The translations under genes were made by a program, and so were the position numbers. A model generated the notes under the pieces. The model saw only the letters and a program-made list of their open reading frames with translations, was not told where the DNA came from and made no database searches. From positions 13,628,553 to 13,692,552 of the forward strand of contig NC_057718.1 of assembly GCF_004010195.1 (NCBI RefSeq): a stretch of DNA of 64,000 nt, read 5' to 3'. Each line of letters opens with the position of its first letter. Position 1 is the stretch's first letter. This document shows, piece after piece, positions 13,511 through 25,474 of the stretch. The DNA comes from Chiloscyllium plagiosum. Its lineage: Eukaryota.

Positions 13511-13745
13511 CCTATCACCCTCACCTTGACCTCTTTCCACCTATCACAATTCCAACGCCCCTCCTCCAAGTCCCTCCTCCCTACCTTTTATCTTCTCCTG
13601 CTGAACACTCTGCTCATTCCTGAAGAAGGGCCTGTGCCCGAAACGTCGAATCTCCTGTTCCCTGGATGCTGCCTGACCTGCTGTGCTGTTCCAGCAATAA
13701 AGTTTCAACTTTGATCTCCAGCATCTGCAGACCTCACTTTCTCCT
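13511..13745 (+). mobile_element. PLE 3' terminal fragment (family ending CCTCACTTTCTCCT)
   Basis: Same sequence as the 3' end of the GIY-YIG-coding PLE at 31915-32644. Contains a hammerhead motif. Confidence 0.8.
13616..13651 (+). ncRNA. Minimal type-I hammerhead ribozyme motif
   Basis: ATTC-CTGAAGA-A-GGGC(CTGT)GCCC-GAAAC-GTC-GAAT: perfect 4-bp stem I and stem II, intact core and GUC triplet. Confidence 0.8.
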
Positions 13746-14334
13746 CATTCAGTATAGGAGTTGAGACATCATGTCGCAGCTGTACAGGACTTTGGTTCAT
13801 CACTTTTGGAACATTGCATGCAATTCTGGTCTCTTTTCTATCGGAAGGATGTTGTGAAACTTGAAAGGGTTCAGAAAAGATTTAGAAGGATGTTGCTAGG
13901 ATTGGAGGATTTGAGCCATAGGGAGAGGCTGAATAGCATGGGGCTGTTTTCCCTGGAGCATCGAAGCCTGAGGGGTGACCTCATAGAGGTTTATAAAATC
14001 ATGGGGGGCTTGGATAGGATAAAGAGACAAAGTCTTTTCCTTAGGGTGGGAGAACTAGAGGGCATAGGTTTAGGGTGAGAGGGAAACTTTTAAAAGTCAT
14101 CTAAGGGGCAACGTTTTCACGCAGAGGGTAGTGTATGTATGGAATGACCCGTCAGAGGAAGAAATGGAGGCTGGTACAATTGCAACATTTAAAAGGCATC
14201 TGGATGAATATATAAATAGGAAGGGGTTAGACAAGTGCCAGCAAATGGGACTAGATTGGGTTGGGAGAGCTGGTTGGCATGGACGGGTAGGACCAAAGGG
14301 TCTGCTTCCATGCTATACATCTCTATGACTCTAT

Positions 14335-15615
14335 AATCTTGCATGGTTGCAGGGTCCCAAGGCGGAAGATAAGGCATTCTTCCTCCAGGCATCGAGTGGT
14401 AAGGGTTTGATGATGTCGGAGGCCCAGGACCTGCATATCCTTGGCAGAGTAGGAGAGGGAGTTGAAGACCATTAGATCATGACTCATGGGAGTGGAAGTA
14501 AGGCCATTCTGCCTATCGCATCTACTCCACCATTTGATCATGGCTGATGGGCATTTCAACGTCACCTACCCTCACTCTCCCCATATCCCTTGCGAGATTA
14601 AGAATTTACCAGTCTCTGCCTTGAAGACATTCAACGTCCCATCCTCCACTGCACTCCGTGGCAATGAATTCCACAGGCCCACCACTCTCTGGCCAAAGAA
14701 CTGTCTCTCATTTCTGTTTTAAATTGACCCCCATCTAATTCTCAGGCTGTGCCCACGGGTCCTATTATCCCCGCCTGACGGAAACAAATTCCCAGCATCC
14801 ACTCTTTCTAAGCCATCTTGTAAGTTTCTATTAGATCTCCCCTCAACCCTCTAAATTCTAATGAATTACAATCCCAGGATCCTCAGCCGTTCATCGTATG
14901 TTAGGCCTACCATTCCAGGGAACATCCATGTGAATCTCCACTAGACACTAGACCAATATGTCCTTCCTGAAGTGTGGAGTCCAAAATTGGACACAATATT
15001 CTAAATGGGGCCTCCCTGCAGCTTTTTAAAGTCTCAGGATCACATAGCTGTTTTTACATTCCAACCCTATTGAGATAAATTACAACATTATATTTGCTTT
15101 CTTAACCACAGACTCAACCTGCAAGTCAACCTTTAGAGAATCCTGGACTAGCACTCCCAGATCGCTTTGTACTTTGGCTTTATGAATTTTCTCACCGTTT
15201 AGAAAATAGCCCATGCCTGTATTCTTTTTTCCAAAGTGCAAGACCTCACATTTGCTCACATGGATTTGTATCATCGATGAAGTTCGCCAGAATGCCCCCA
15301 GTCCCTTCATCCAGATCATTAATATAAAAAGTGAACAGCTGCGGCCCCAACACTGAACCGTGCAGGACACCACTTGTCACTAGCTGCCATTCCTAAAAAG
15401 AATCTTTTATCTCAATTCTCTGCCTTCTGTCAGACAGCCAATCCTCAATCCATGCCAGAAGTGTTCAGCCACGGGACGGTGAGGTTGGTTGGTGCTGGTG
15501 TGGCAGAGGCGTTCTCTGAAATGATCCGCAATTGGCGTCCTGTTTTCCCGATGGAGAGGAGACCCACATCAGGTGCAACAGAAACAGTAGATGACATTGG
15601 TGGAAGTGCAGGTAA
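14335..15615 (-). mobile_element. PLE GIY-YIG fragment split by a CR1 LINE fragment (about 14470-15458, -)
   Basis: PLE pieces: LLSIGKTGRQL (15460-15615) and KDMQVLGL..LEEECLIFRLGTLQP (14335-14468). The insert encodes CR1 ORF2 motifs (CEVLHFG, DLGVLV). Confidence 0.75.
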
Positions 15616-16719
15616 GTTTCTCACTTTCTCCACAGTACTCCAAAAGTCAATGTAGGAAGAAATAAAAACAGAAATTGCTGGAAAAGTTCAGCAGCTCTGG
15701 CAGGATCTGTGAAGAGAAATCAGAGTTAACGTTTCAAGTCTAGTGACCCTCCGCCAGAAGGGTCTGGAGTTTTCTGTTTTTGTTTCTGATTTAAACATTC
15801 GGAGTTCTTCTGTTTTGTTTTAGGAAGAAATCAGTCAGCGGGTCAGGAAGAAGTAGCAACAGTGGGTCTGCCTGAGCAGTCTTGTATGTGGATTTTGAGG
15901 AAAAGGTAGAAGCAGGATTGGAGACTTGTGAGCTGGGAGGCTGTTGCGGGGAGATCCCCAGATGAGATGAGGTTAGTTACAGTCATGCACACAATAGTCT
16001 GATGTTCGATGGTGGGGGTCATGGTCCAGGCCCAGTCAGACAGAGGTGGTGCCCAGAGCTGGTATGCAGCCTCTGCAATGTCGAGGTCAGTATGCTAGAC
16101 AGCAACAGCACAATGGGTTGCTTTTAGTATTGTCACCTATTCTCGTCTACTCCGAGGCCTATTGTCACATTATACGGTCAAAAGTCACACAACATCAGGT
16201 TACAGTCCAACTGGTTTATTTGAAATCACAATCTTTCGATGTGCTTCTCCTTCTTCAGGTGAAGTGGGCACCCCAGTCCAACACCAGCACCTCCATGTCA
16301 CACTATATATGTTACTTTCAGTAGAGCTTAAGTGAATTAGCTCTTATCACTTATTCAACTTTTCTTGTTCTATTCTGGTATCCACAATCTCCCTATTTGT
16401 CCCCCTTTCATATCTCTCCCTCTGGGCTCCACCTCCACCTGTCCACTCACATCCCCTCTCCAACTTCGCCTTTAGCCTAAATACCACTTTTTCCTAGCTG
16501 CTGGCAGTTCTGATGAGGACTCGGAACGTTAACTACTTTCTTCGCACTGATGCTGCCAGACCCGCTGAGTGTCGCCAGCAAATTCTGTTCTTTTTTTGTG
16601 ACCTACAGCATCTGCAGTCCTTTGTTGCATTCCGTGTTTGGTATGCCAGTGTGTAGAAAGGCAATAGGTAATAACTCCTTTATTAATAGGAAAGAGCAGA
16701 AATACCCACTCTAATTCGC

Positions 16720-17850
16720 GGGTTTAGCAGGGCGTCGCCCAGAGGATTGTACTATTCATCGGAAATCTCTTTGTCTTTTCCTGACAGCGCTCGAGACACG
16801 TGCTCGAGCTCCTGAGACTGACAGTTGGGGGCTCGCGCTGACTAACGGCTGTCTGAGGCGGGAACACGGGTGACAGCCAGCGATCGATTGAAGGGCGCGA
16901 ACCAGCCGGCTTTTTTGGGAGGAGATGGGTAAACGCTGAATGACTGACAGTTCATTGAGACACAGCCGCCCAATTGAACGAAGGTGGAGCGGGTGGGACT
17001 TGGCTTTAGCCAACGGCCGATGGCATCTCGCTTGGGTGACGGTTCATCTGGCCAATGCGTGTCGGCTTATGCGGCTAGTTCTGGCCAATAGGTGAGAATG
17101 GAGGGGCGGCTGAGAAGGGTGAGGCTCGAGCTGAACATTGAGTGACGGTCGAAGACTGGCCGTGTCAGGAATGAATGATGGTTAAAGTGGCCAACAGAAT
17201 GACGGTTCGATGAAGTGTCCAATGAGTCCAATGACAGTATTCGTCCAATGACTTTGACCACCCGAAATGAGTGGTTGTTGAAATGACCAATTGAATGTGA
17301 ACTAGGGGCGGGACGAACCTTGACCAATGAAATACGACAGAGGATGGAACGTATTCGATGAGTGACAGTTGTGGCCACTGACGGTAGGTCGTATTGGTTA
17401 GTGCTGGCCAATCAGTGAACGCTAGGGCGGCGTGCGCTGTCAGGAGTCCTGTCGCTTGCATTCGCATCCATGGCGTCGGCGGCGATGGTAATGAGCTGTG
17501 AGATGGGTGAGCCGATTGTCGCCGGTGGCACCGTTAACGCCACGGTCACTGGTCTTGAGCAGAAGAAGTTCGAATACTTCTCCTCTATCAGCCCCATGGC
17601 CCGACGAATCATGCTGGAGAGGCAGAAAATCCGCGAGAAGTACGGGCCGCGTTGGGACAGGTTGGAGCCCAGAGAGCAGGAGGAGATCATCGACAACTGG
17701 ATGGTGGATCCCCAGATCCGCAGCCGGTACAATTTGCACCGCAGCCAGAGAGAGGAGACGGTCTGCTATCCCAGGCTGCAGCTCCAAACCGGCCAGAAAG
17801 TTGTGCATTTTGGAGAGGAGGTGAGGGACGGATGCTTGGCGTCTCTTAGC
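16720..17850 (+). promoter_or_regulatory. CpG island and promoter of C1orf198, with multiple CCAAT boxes, GC boxes, TGACAG motifs and an E-box
   Basis: Sharp rise in CpG density. CCAAT at 16970, 17052, 17085, 17219, 17228, 17245, 17287, 17324, 17408 and ATTGG at 17393. GGGGCGG at 17103 and 17305. CACGTG at 16797. Confidence 0.85.
17470..17820 (+). CDS. C1orf198: C1orf198 homologue, coding exon 1 (117 codons)
   Basis: ATG in Kozak-like context (tccATGG) inside a CpG island. Translation FEYFSSISPMARRIM..KIREKYGP.W..L...Q.EIID...TGQKVVHFGEE matches the C1orf198 N-terminus as recalled. Donor GAG|gtgagg at 17821, phase 0. Confidence 0.93.
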
Positions 17851-18269
17851 CTGTGGTTGGGTGGGGTGGGGTGGGTACTACTACTTTTTTCCTGTAATTT
17901 TTTTAGTCGTGGTAAAAAAGCACATCATTTTTATGAGCAAAGGAAACGAGATCAAGTGTGAAGCTGACCACGCCTTTTAAAACTATGATCTCCAAAGCGC
18001 CTCAATTTTAACATTGTAAGTGTCTACTTGGGGGGTTAATGCTCTGTCCGTCCGCAGTATGTAAGGAATGCATCCTGGATCTGTTGCAATTGAATCTCTG
18101 GCTCTTTTCCTTGCAAGTTTTGCATGCCTGAAATTCTTCTTATAAGAAGGCCCTTATACTGGGAGGCACGATGTGTAAGAAATGACTAATATTTAGTCAT
18201 TCTTGAAACGAACTGGCATTTTAAAATTATTTGTTTTGCAAACTTCTTCAATTACGGTAAAATTAAGAA

Positions 18270-20010
18270 AAAAGGATGCAGAATGCTCAAGGATTTACAA
18301 TCGCACGCAACATTTATGGAGTGCCAAACAGTTAGCGTTTCAGGCAGAAGAAGACACTTCTTCGGAATCTTTCAGTTCCCTGGGCCCCAGCGCTTCATCT
18401 TCACTATGGATGTGCGGTCCTTACAAACGTCCATATCCCACAATAACAGCCTGCAGGCCATCAGTTTTTTTTCCCTCTCCAATCCCATTCAGCCCCCACC
18501 AATATCCTCCTCTGCCTTGCCGAATTAGTCCTCTCCCTCACTAACTTTTCTTTCAGTTCTTCCCACTTTCTACAAATCCAGGGGGTGGCCATAGGCATTC
18601 GCATGGGCCCTAGCTACACCAGCTTCTTTGTCAGTTATGTTGAACAATCCCTCTTCAGTACATACACTGGTACTGTTCCCCAACTCTTCCACCATTTTAT
18701 TGATGACTGCATTGGCACTGTCCTGCATCCAGGCTGAACTGCCGCAGTTCATTGAATTTGGTAACAACTTCCACACTGCCCTCAAATTCACTTGGTCTAA
18801 CTCAGACACCTCTCTTCCTTTTTTTGACCTTTCTGTTTCCACCTCTGGTGACAGTTTACAGACCAACATTTACTTAAACTCACAGACCCTCATACCTTCC
18901 TAGATGACACCTCTGCCCATCCTGTATCCAGCAAAAACACCATCCTGTTTTCCCAATTCCTCTGTTCAGTTGCATCTGCTCTGGCAAAGAGACATTTCAC
19001 TCCCAAACATGCCAGATGTTCTTTTACATCAAATGACATTTTTTTTCCACCCCCTTTGTCATCTAGCCTGCTCTCCACCGCACCTCCTCCATTCCCCGCT
19101 CCACTGATCTAAACATCCCTTTCAAATGCAGTAAAGGCAAGGACCGCTTGACCTCGCTTTCTACTCCACCAGTCTCTGCATACAGTGTATCATCCTCAAA
19201 CACTTTTGCCAACTCCAATTATACCCCACCACCAAGAACATCTTCCCATCCCTGCCCCCTCCGCCTTTGTGCAAGGACTGTCCTCTTTGCCACTCCTGGT
19301 TTGTGCCACACTCTCCTCCAACCCCTCCAACTCTTTGAGTGAAAAAGATGCAACACCTACCTGTACACCACTTTCCTTCCCTCCGTCCTGGGCCCCAAAC
19401 AGTCCTTCCAGGTGAGACAGAGGTTCACCTGCCTCTCCTCCAATCTAGTCTACTACATCCGGTGCTCCCCAGTGTGGTGACCTCTATATTGGTGAGACTC
19501 AATGTAGACTAGGTGCTCGTTTAGGTTGGCTGTCTCAGGCCCAGCAAAAATCCTGGTCACCACCCATTTCAATTTCCCCTCCCACTCCCTCTCCGACATT
19601 TCCATCCTTGGCCTCCTCCATTGCCGCAATAAATTAGACCGCAAAATGGATGAACAACACCTTGTCTTCTGCCTGGGCAGCCTACAGCCCAGAGGACTTT
19701 AACATTGAGTTAGCGAATTTCAAATAACTTTCCCACCCATCCCCTGGCACTTCTTCCAGCCCCACCTCCTCCCTTCCATTCCACCTGCCAACCCTTTCTT
19801 CCAGCTACCAATTGGATTCATCCCTCCCAACAACCAACTAGGTCATATCCACTTCTTGTGTTCACCTATCACTACTTCACCTTCGCTGCTGCTATCCCAT
19901 CCTTGTAGCTCCCACATCCAGTCCCAAAGAAAGGTTATACCCGGAATGTTGACTTCTTTGCCTCCAGTTTGTTTACTTTGGATTCCATCATCCAGTTTTT
20001 TTTTGTTTCT
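18270..20010 (+). mobile_element. Decayed PLE (RT plus GIY-YIG) with a short inverted terminal arm at the left
   Basis: FIFTMDVRSL, G.AIG..MGPS, LPFFDL and LYIGET remnants. Degenerate hammerhead-like terminal sequence on - at about 18330-18368 and on + at about 19922-19955. Confidence 0.7.
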
Positions 20011-20777
20011 AACAATAGACATGGTGGCCAGGGATTAGAGTGAAATTCATAAAAGCATTTCACCAAGCATAGTGGACGTTTGGAGCTCTTTTGATTTTGC
20101 AGATCCAATTGATGTTAGATCAGTTGTAAATGTTAAGTGTGAGATTGGTATACTTCTCTTATTTCAAGGGATGAAGGGATATGGGGTTAGGTCGTAGATC
20201 AGCAAGATCTCATGAAGTGACAGCTGAACAGATGAATTACAAGCAAGAGGAGGTCATTTGGCCCTTAGCTGCATGAGAACATTATGGCTGACTCTGTTGT
20301 GTTTTCAATTATGTATTCCTGCCTACCATCAATCCCCTTTTGACTCCATTGTTAGTCAAAAAATGTCTACTTCTCATTTGAATGTATTCACTAATCCTGC
20401 CTTCGGTGCTGTGAGGAAGAGAGTTCCAAAGACGCACAACCTTCTGAGAGGAACTGTCAGGAAAAGTTGTTAGCATGTGACTGGAAGGATAATGTAGAAG
20501 GAAGAGTATCAAATTTCTTGAACAATGCGACCATGTTTTTGTGCCAGTGGTAGCTGTGCGTACAAAAAGTTTTGCCTGAACTGCAAATGTGCCATTGCTT
20601 GTGGAAAGGGTAAATAGTGTGGTATAATTTTAAACTAGTTAGTTAGATGGAAGCAAAAAGTCACTCTGTCAAAAGAAATTTAGTATAAAATAGATTAGTA
20701 GGACATGTGGGGAGAGAGATTGAAATAATCTGTGCACAAATACATGAAGCATGCAAGAGGGGGAAAAAAAACAAGAG

Positions 20778-21092
20778 TTAGATTAGATTACATTACAGTG
20801 TAGAAACAGGCCCTTCGGCCCAACAAGTCCACACCGACCCGCCGAAGCGAAACCCACCCATACCCCTACATTTACCCCTTACCTAACACTACGGGCAATT
20901 TAGCATGGCCAATTCACCTGACCCTGCACATCTTTCGTACTGTGGGAGGAAACCGGAGCACCCGGAGGAAACCCACGCAGACACGGGGAGAACGTGCAAA
21001 CTCCACACAGTCAGTCGCCTGAGGCAGGAATTGAACCCGGGTCTCAGGCGCTGTGAGGCAGCAGTGCTAACCACTGTGCCACCGTGCCGCCC
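20778..21092 (-). mobile_element. HE1/V-SINE, full length
   Basis: tRNA-like head on - (A box TGGCACAGTGG, B box GGTTCAATTCC), central V-domain, and a LINE-derived 3' tail ending in (TCTAA)n. Confidence 0.9.
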
Positions 21093-21501
21093 ACAAATTC
21101 AATTTGAAGAACATATTGTAACTTGATTGGATGAAATACAATGATCCAAGTATTCCAAGTTTGAAATTCTTCTCGCAAGGATTTGAAAAGGAGAGGCTGG
21201 AATAGAAAAATATCTGCATAACTAAGGTGGTGGTTGGGAGCAAAGCGGAGTATGAGGCTAGGAAAGTTGCTCTTATAGAGAGCTGGCACAGAGAAGTAGA
21301 ATTGAATGGTCTCCTATTGCTATAACCTTTTCTGTGATTTTAATATTGATTACAAAAAACAATTGAGAAACATGAATTTCACTAAAGGTGATCTGGTGGT
21401 GGAAATGTTGCTGGCAGAGACCAGGATATGCAAAGGATGCAGTGCTCCGGCATAAATTGCTTATAGTGGAGGTGGAATGGTGTAAACGTAGAGATCATGG
21501 A

Positions 21502-21661
21502 TGGGAGAATCGACGTTTCGGACATAAGCCCTTCTTCAGGAAGAAGGGCTTATGCCTGAAACGTCGATTCTCCTCCTTGGATGCTGCCTGACCTGCTGCG
21601 CTTTTCCAGCAACATGTTTTCAGCTCTGATCTCCAGCACCTGCAGTCCTCACTTTCTCCCT
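21502..21661. mobile_element. Miniature fold-back PLE terminus centred on a hammerhead
   Basis: TSD GTAGAGATCATGGA at 21488-21501 and 21662-21675. Inverted arms 21504-21537 and 21541-21573. The minus arm has an intact CTGAAGA..GAAACGTC. Confidence 0.85.
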
Positions 21662-22124
21662 GTAGAGATCATGGAGGCAGGAGCCAAAATAATCTCGTTA
21701 TGAAGAGTTATGTTTGCCCAGTTGAAGCTGTAAAGTGATTGTATTCTTAGAATGTAGTCAGAGTAGATTTCTAAATAAGTTTTAAAATCAATAAGGGAAC
21801 AGGCTATTCTGCATTTAATTAAGAATAACAAAAAAACTTCGCAGTCTTACAATGAAGAAACATCTTGCAAAATGTTTTTGTAACATAACTGAATTTGACA
21901 TTAGGTTTCAGTTGAAAATGTACACGTCATAAACCAAGATTTTAAATTTAGGGAGGCAAATTTTTGGGATGAAAAATTATTTAATCCGGTTAACTGGACT
22001 GAATTATGAATACTTTCTGCTGTGTATAAGTTTACAATTTGTAGAACTCTATAAATCTACAAAATCCCTAAAATCTACAAAGCTAAGCAGTAATGGTCAA
22101 GTTAAAAGAAAATTTCAAGCTAAA

Positions 22125-22428
22125 GTGGCGCCACGGTGGCTCGGTGGTAAGTACTGCTGCCTCACAGCACCAGTGTCCTAGGTTCTATTCCAGCCTCGGG
22201 TGACTGGGTGGAGTTTGTACATTCTCCCCGTGTCTGTGTGAGTTTCTTCCGCGTGCACCGGTTTCCTCCCGCAGGACAGATGAATTGGCCAATCTAAATT
22301 GCCCATAGTGTGAGCTCAATTTAGTCAGAGGGAAATGGGTCTGGGTGGGTTACTCTTTGGAGGATTGGTTGGGACTGGTTGAGCCAAAGTGCCTGTTTCC
22401 ATACATTAGGGAATCTAATCTCATCTAA
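22125..22428 (+). mobile_element. HE1/V-SINE, diverged
   Basis: tRNA-like head, V-domain and tctaa-type tail. Confidence 0.8.
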
Positions 22429-24783
22429 ACGAATCTCATATGGAGAACTGTATTCAGCCCATGTTGATGCAAAGCAGAATAAACAGAATGAAACTAGGGC
22501 TTAAAGACTCTCCTGACCTCCAGGCATCCCCATTTTCTAAAAATTGTCACTGGCCACTTGGGTGTTTTCTTTCTTCCTGGTGGTGGAAATTGAATAAAGA
22601 CTTTCTAAAAAAAATTCAATAGGAGATTCAAAATTTCCTCAGTCAGGGGACTGACTCGGAATTGGCTGGTAACAGCCAGTGTACTGTGCATAGGTAATTA
22701 AAGGGTGACTTGGTGACGGGATACCATCCTCTGTGTGCAGTTATTTCAAATAAGGTACTTGATTTTACAAAAGGTTAAGGAGAACGGAGGGGTTCTTTTA
22801 GGGAAAAAAACAAGTTTAAATTAGTGAGTGCAGCTAGGAAGGGTTACAGCTGGTACCGCTAGACCTCACTTTTGCATGCTATCAGCTTAGGATAACAAAG
22901 CCCACATTGTTATTCCCAACTCATGTATTTTTGATGTTATTTGTAACACCCATAACTATCACAATAAGTACAGAGCAGCAATTGAGTTTAGTACCTTTTT
23001 CAGTCTGTTTTAGTACTGCATTGGGTAGTGCTTTTATTCATTGGGGAATAGCTTTTAAAACTTACTCTTACCCGGATGTGGATATCAATGGCCTCAGCCA
23101 GCATTTATTACGATTACAAATTATCTTTTGAGAAAGTAGTAGTGAGCTTCCTCCTTGAATGCTGCATAGTTTGGACCCAGGTAAGGCTTTGGGATCCTGT
23201 TTGAATCCTGCCACTACAGGTGGTGGAATTGGAATTTTAAAACAAATCTGAAATTAGAACCAATTATTCCAACTGTCACTCTTGTATGGCACTCTTGCCA
23301 GTTGTCATACACCAGAGTATTGTCTAAGTCTTGTTGCATTTGGACATGGACTGTTTGGTGTCTGAACAATGGTGCTGAACATCAATAAATATCTTCAACA
23401 AGACAGAATCTGACTATATCACCCCTTGATATTCAATGGCATTATCATTGTCAGAATCAACAAATCAGAATCTAACACCATCAACATCTTGGGAGTTACC
23501 ATTGACCAGAAATTAAACTAGACTACACTTATTGGACAATAAGTGTTGAGGTTAGGCGAAAGAACTGGAGATCAGAGTTGAAAAGTGTAGTGCTGGAAAA
23601 GCACAACCTGTCAGACAGGAGAGTTGACGTTTTAGGCATAAGTCCTTCATCAGGAGTGTGGGGGAGGAAGGTAGCTGGGAAGGTGATAGGTAAATGTAGG
23701 TAGGGGTGATAGGTCGGAGGGAAGGGTGGAGTGGATAGGTGGGAAGGATGGTGGACAGGTAGGACCGTTCGAGAGGTGGGTTGGATCTGAGATGAGGTGG
23801 AGGAAGGGAAGATATGCAAACTCGTAAAGTCAGTGTTGATGCCGTATGATTGAAGGGTCCCAAAGTTGAAGATGAGGCATTCTTCCTCCATTCTTTGGGT
23901 GGCTTGGATTTGGTGGTGGACGAGGCCAGAGCTTGCATGTCCATGGCCGAGTGGGAGGGGGTGTTGAAGTGGTCGACTACAGGGCGGTGGGGTCGTTTGT
24001 TGTGTGCGTCAGATGTTTCCTGAAACATTCTGCGAGTTGGCATCCTGTCTTCCCCAGAATAGAGAAGAGCAACGGACACAGTAGGTGAGGTGTTTGGATG
24101 TGCAGGAAGATCGCTGGTGGATATGAAAGATCCTATGGGGCCTTGGACAGACCCATCCACAGCCCTTAACCTCATAGACCCAGAACCCCGGGCTGTCCAG
24201 TTCTACCTCTTACCAAAAATCAACAAACCTGACTGCCCTTTTCGATCAATCGTCTCTGCCTGCTCCTGCCCCATTAAACCTACCTCCTCATATCTTGAGA
24301 CTGTCTTGTCCCCCTTGGTTCAGGAACTCCCCATATACATTAGGACACCACCGACACCTTCCACCTCCTCCATGACTTTTGTTTCCCTGGCCCCCAACAC
24401 TACTACTTCTTCATGGACATCCAATCTTTGTATGTCCATCCACCATGGCAAAGCCCTCCATTTCTTCCTCTTCCGCCAAGGTAGAGGAACCAGAACCCTT
24501 CCACCGACACACTCATTCGATTGGCGAAATTGGTCCTCACCCTCAACAACTTCTTCTCCTTCGAATCCTCTTCCTACCAAGGGGTAGCCATGGGCCCCAG
24601 CTGTGCCTTCCTCTTAGGATACATGGAACAGTCCATCTTCCACAGTTGCCCTGTGCCATCCCCCACCTTTTATTTCCTCTGCTACATTGATGACTGTATC
24701 GGCACCACCTTGTGCTCCTAAGAGGAGCTTGAACAGTTCATCAACTTCAAAAATACTTTCTACTCTGACTTCAAGTTCACTTA

Positions 24784-24879
24784 AGAGGAGAAAGTGAGGA
24801 CTGCAGATGCTGGAGATCAGAGCTGAAAATGTGTTGCTGGAAAAGTTGCTGCAATTTTCCAGCAACACATTTTCAGTTC
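24784..24879. mobile_element. About 95-bp PLE terminal hairpin insertion
   Basis: Direct repeat TTCAAGTTCACTTA at 24770-24783 and 24877-24890. Full terminus with tail on -, then an inverted copy lacking the tail. Confidence 0.85.
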
Positions 24880-25474
24880 AAGTTCACTTAGTCCATCTCG
24901 GACACCTCCCTCCCGTGCCTGGACTTCTCCAGTGGCCGACTCAACACAGACATCTATTTCAAACCCACTGAGATCCACAACTACCTGCATTACACTACCT
25001 TCCACCCCTACCTCCTGTAAAAACACAATCCCTTACTTCCAATTTCTCTGCATTCACCTTATTTGCTTCCAGGAGGAATAATTCCACTCCAGGACATCCA
25101 AGGACAGCAATTTGCCATCCCAGATGATCAACAATGCCCTTGAGTACATCTCCTCCACTTCCCGCACCTTCACCCTTGAATTCCAACCCTCCAACTGCAA
25201 CAAGGTTAGAACCCCCCCACCCCCCGCGGTCCTCACCTTCCACCCTACAAATCTCTGGATACAGCGCATTATCCTCTGCCATTTCCACCAAAAATATATT
25301 TCCCACTCTACCTTTTATCTATGTTCTGCAGAGACCACTCCCTCCATGACTCCTTCATTTGTTCCACGTCTCCCATCAACCCACCCTCCACTCTTGGTAT
25401 CTTCCCTTGCCACCGCAAGAAGTGTAAGCCACCCCCACCTCCGTCCAAGACCCCAAAGGATCTTTTCACATCCA

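Larger units (their letters stand above)
10040..14334 (+). mobile_element. Near-full-length CR1/HER1-type LINE: 5' UTR, ORF1 zinc-finger remnant and decayed APE-RT ORF2, with an internal duplication and insertion
   Basis: ORF1 start at about 10613 (S.CQMWE...YICNKC). APE motifs IIAITETWL and MVGDFNFP. RT motifs [21 protein letters not shown]. 3' tail ctctatgactctat at 14321-14334. Confidence 0.88.

Noticed and set aside
17040..17415. Regularly recurring GGCCAAT/TCCAAT motifs as a CRISPR-like or tandem array
   Set aside because: The repeats are only 5-8 nt with irregular spacing in a vertebrate CpG promoter. Transcription-factor sites explain them better.
17821..17961. C-terminal 46 aa of the 163-aa ORF 17470..17961
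   Set aside because: Read-through into intron 1 beyond the GT donor at 17821. Homology continues in exon 2 at 31247.
21020..21092. tRNA-like sequence with A and B boxes
   Set aside because: It is the head of an HE1/V-SINE, followed by the V-domain and LINE-like tail. No complete cloverleaf was evident.
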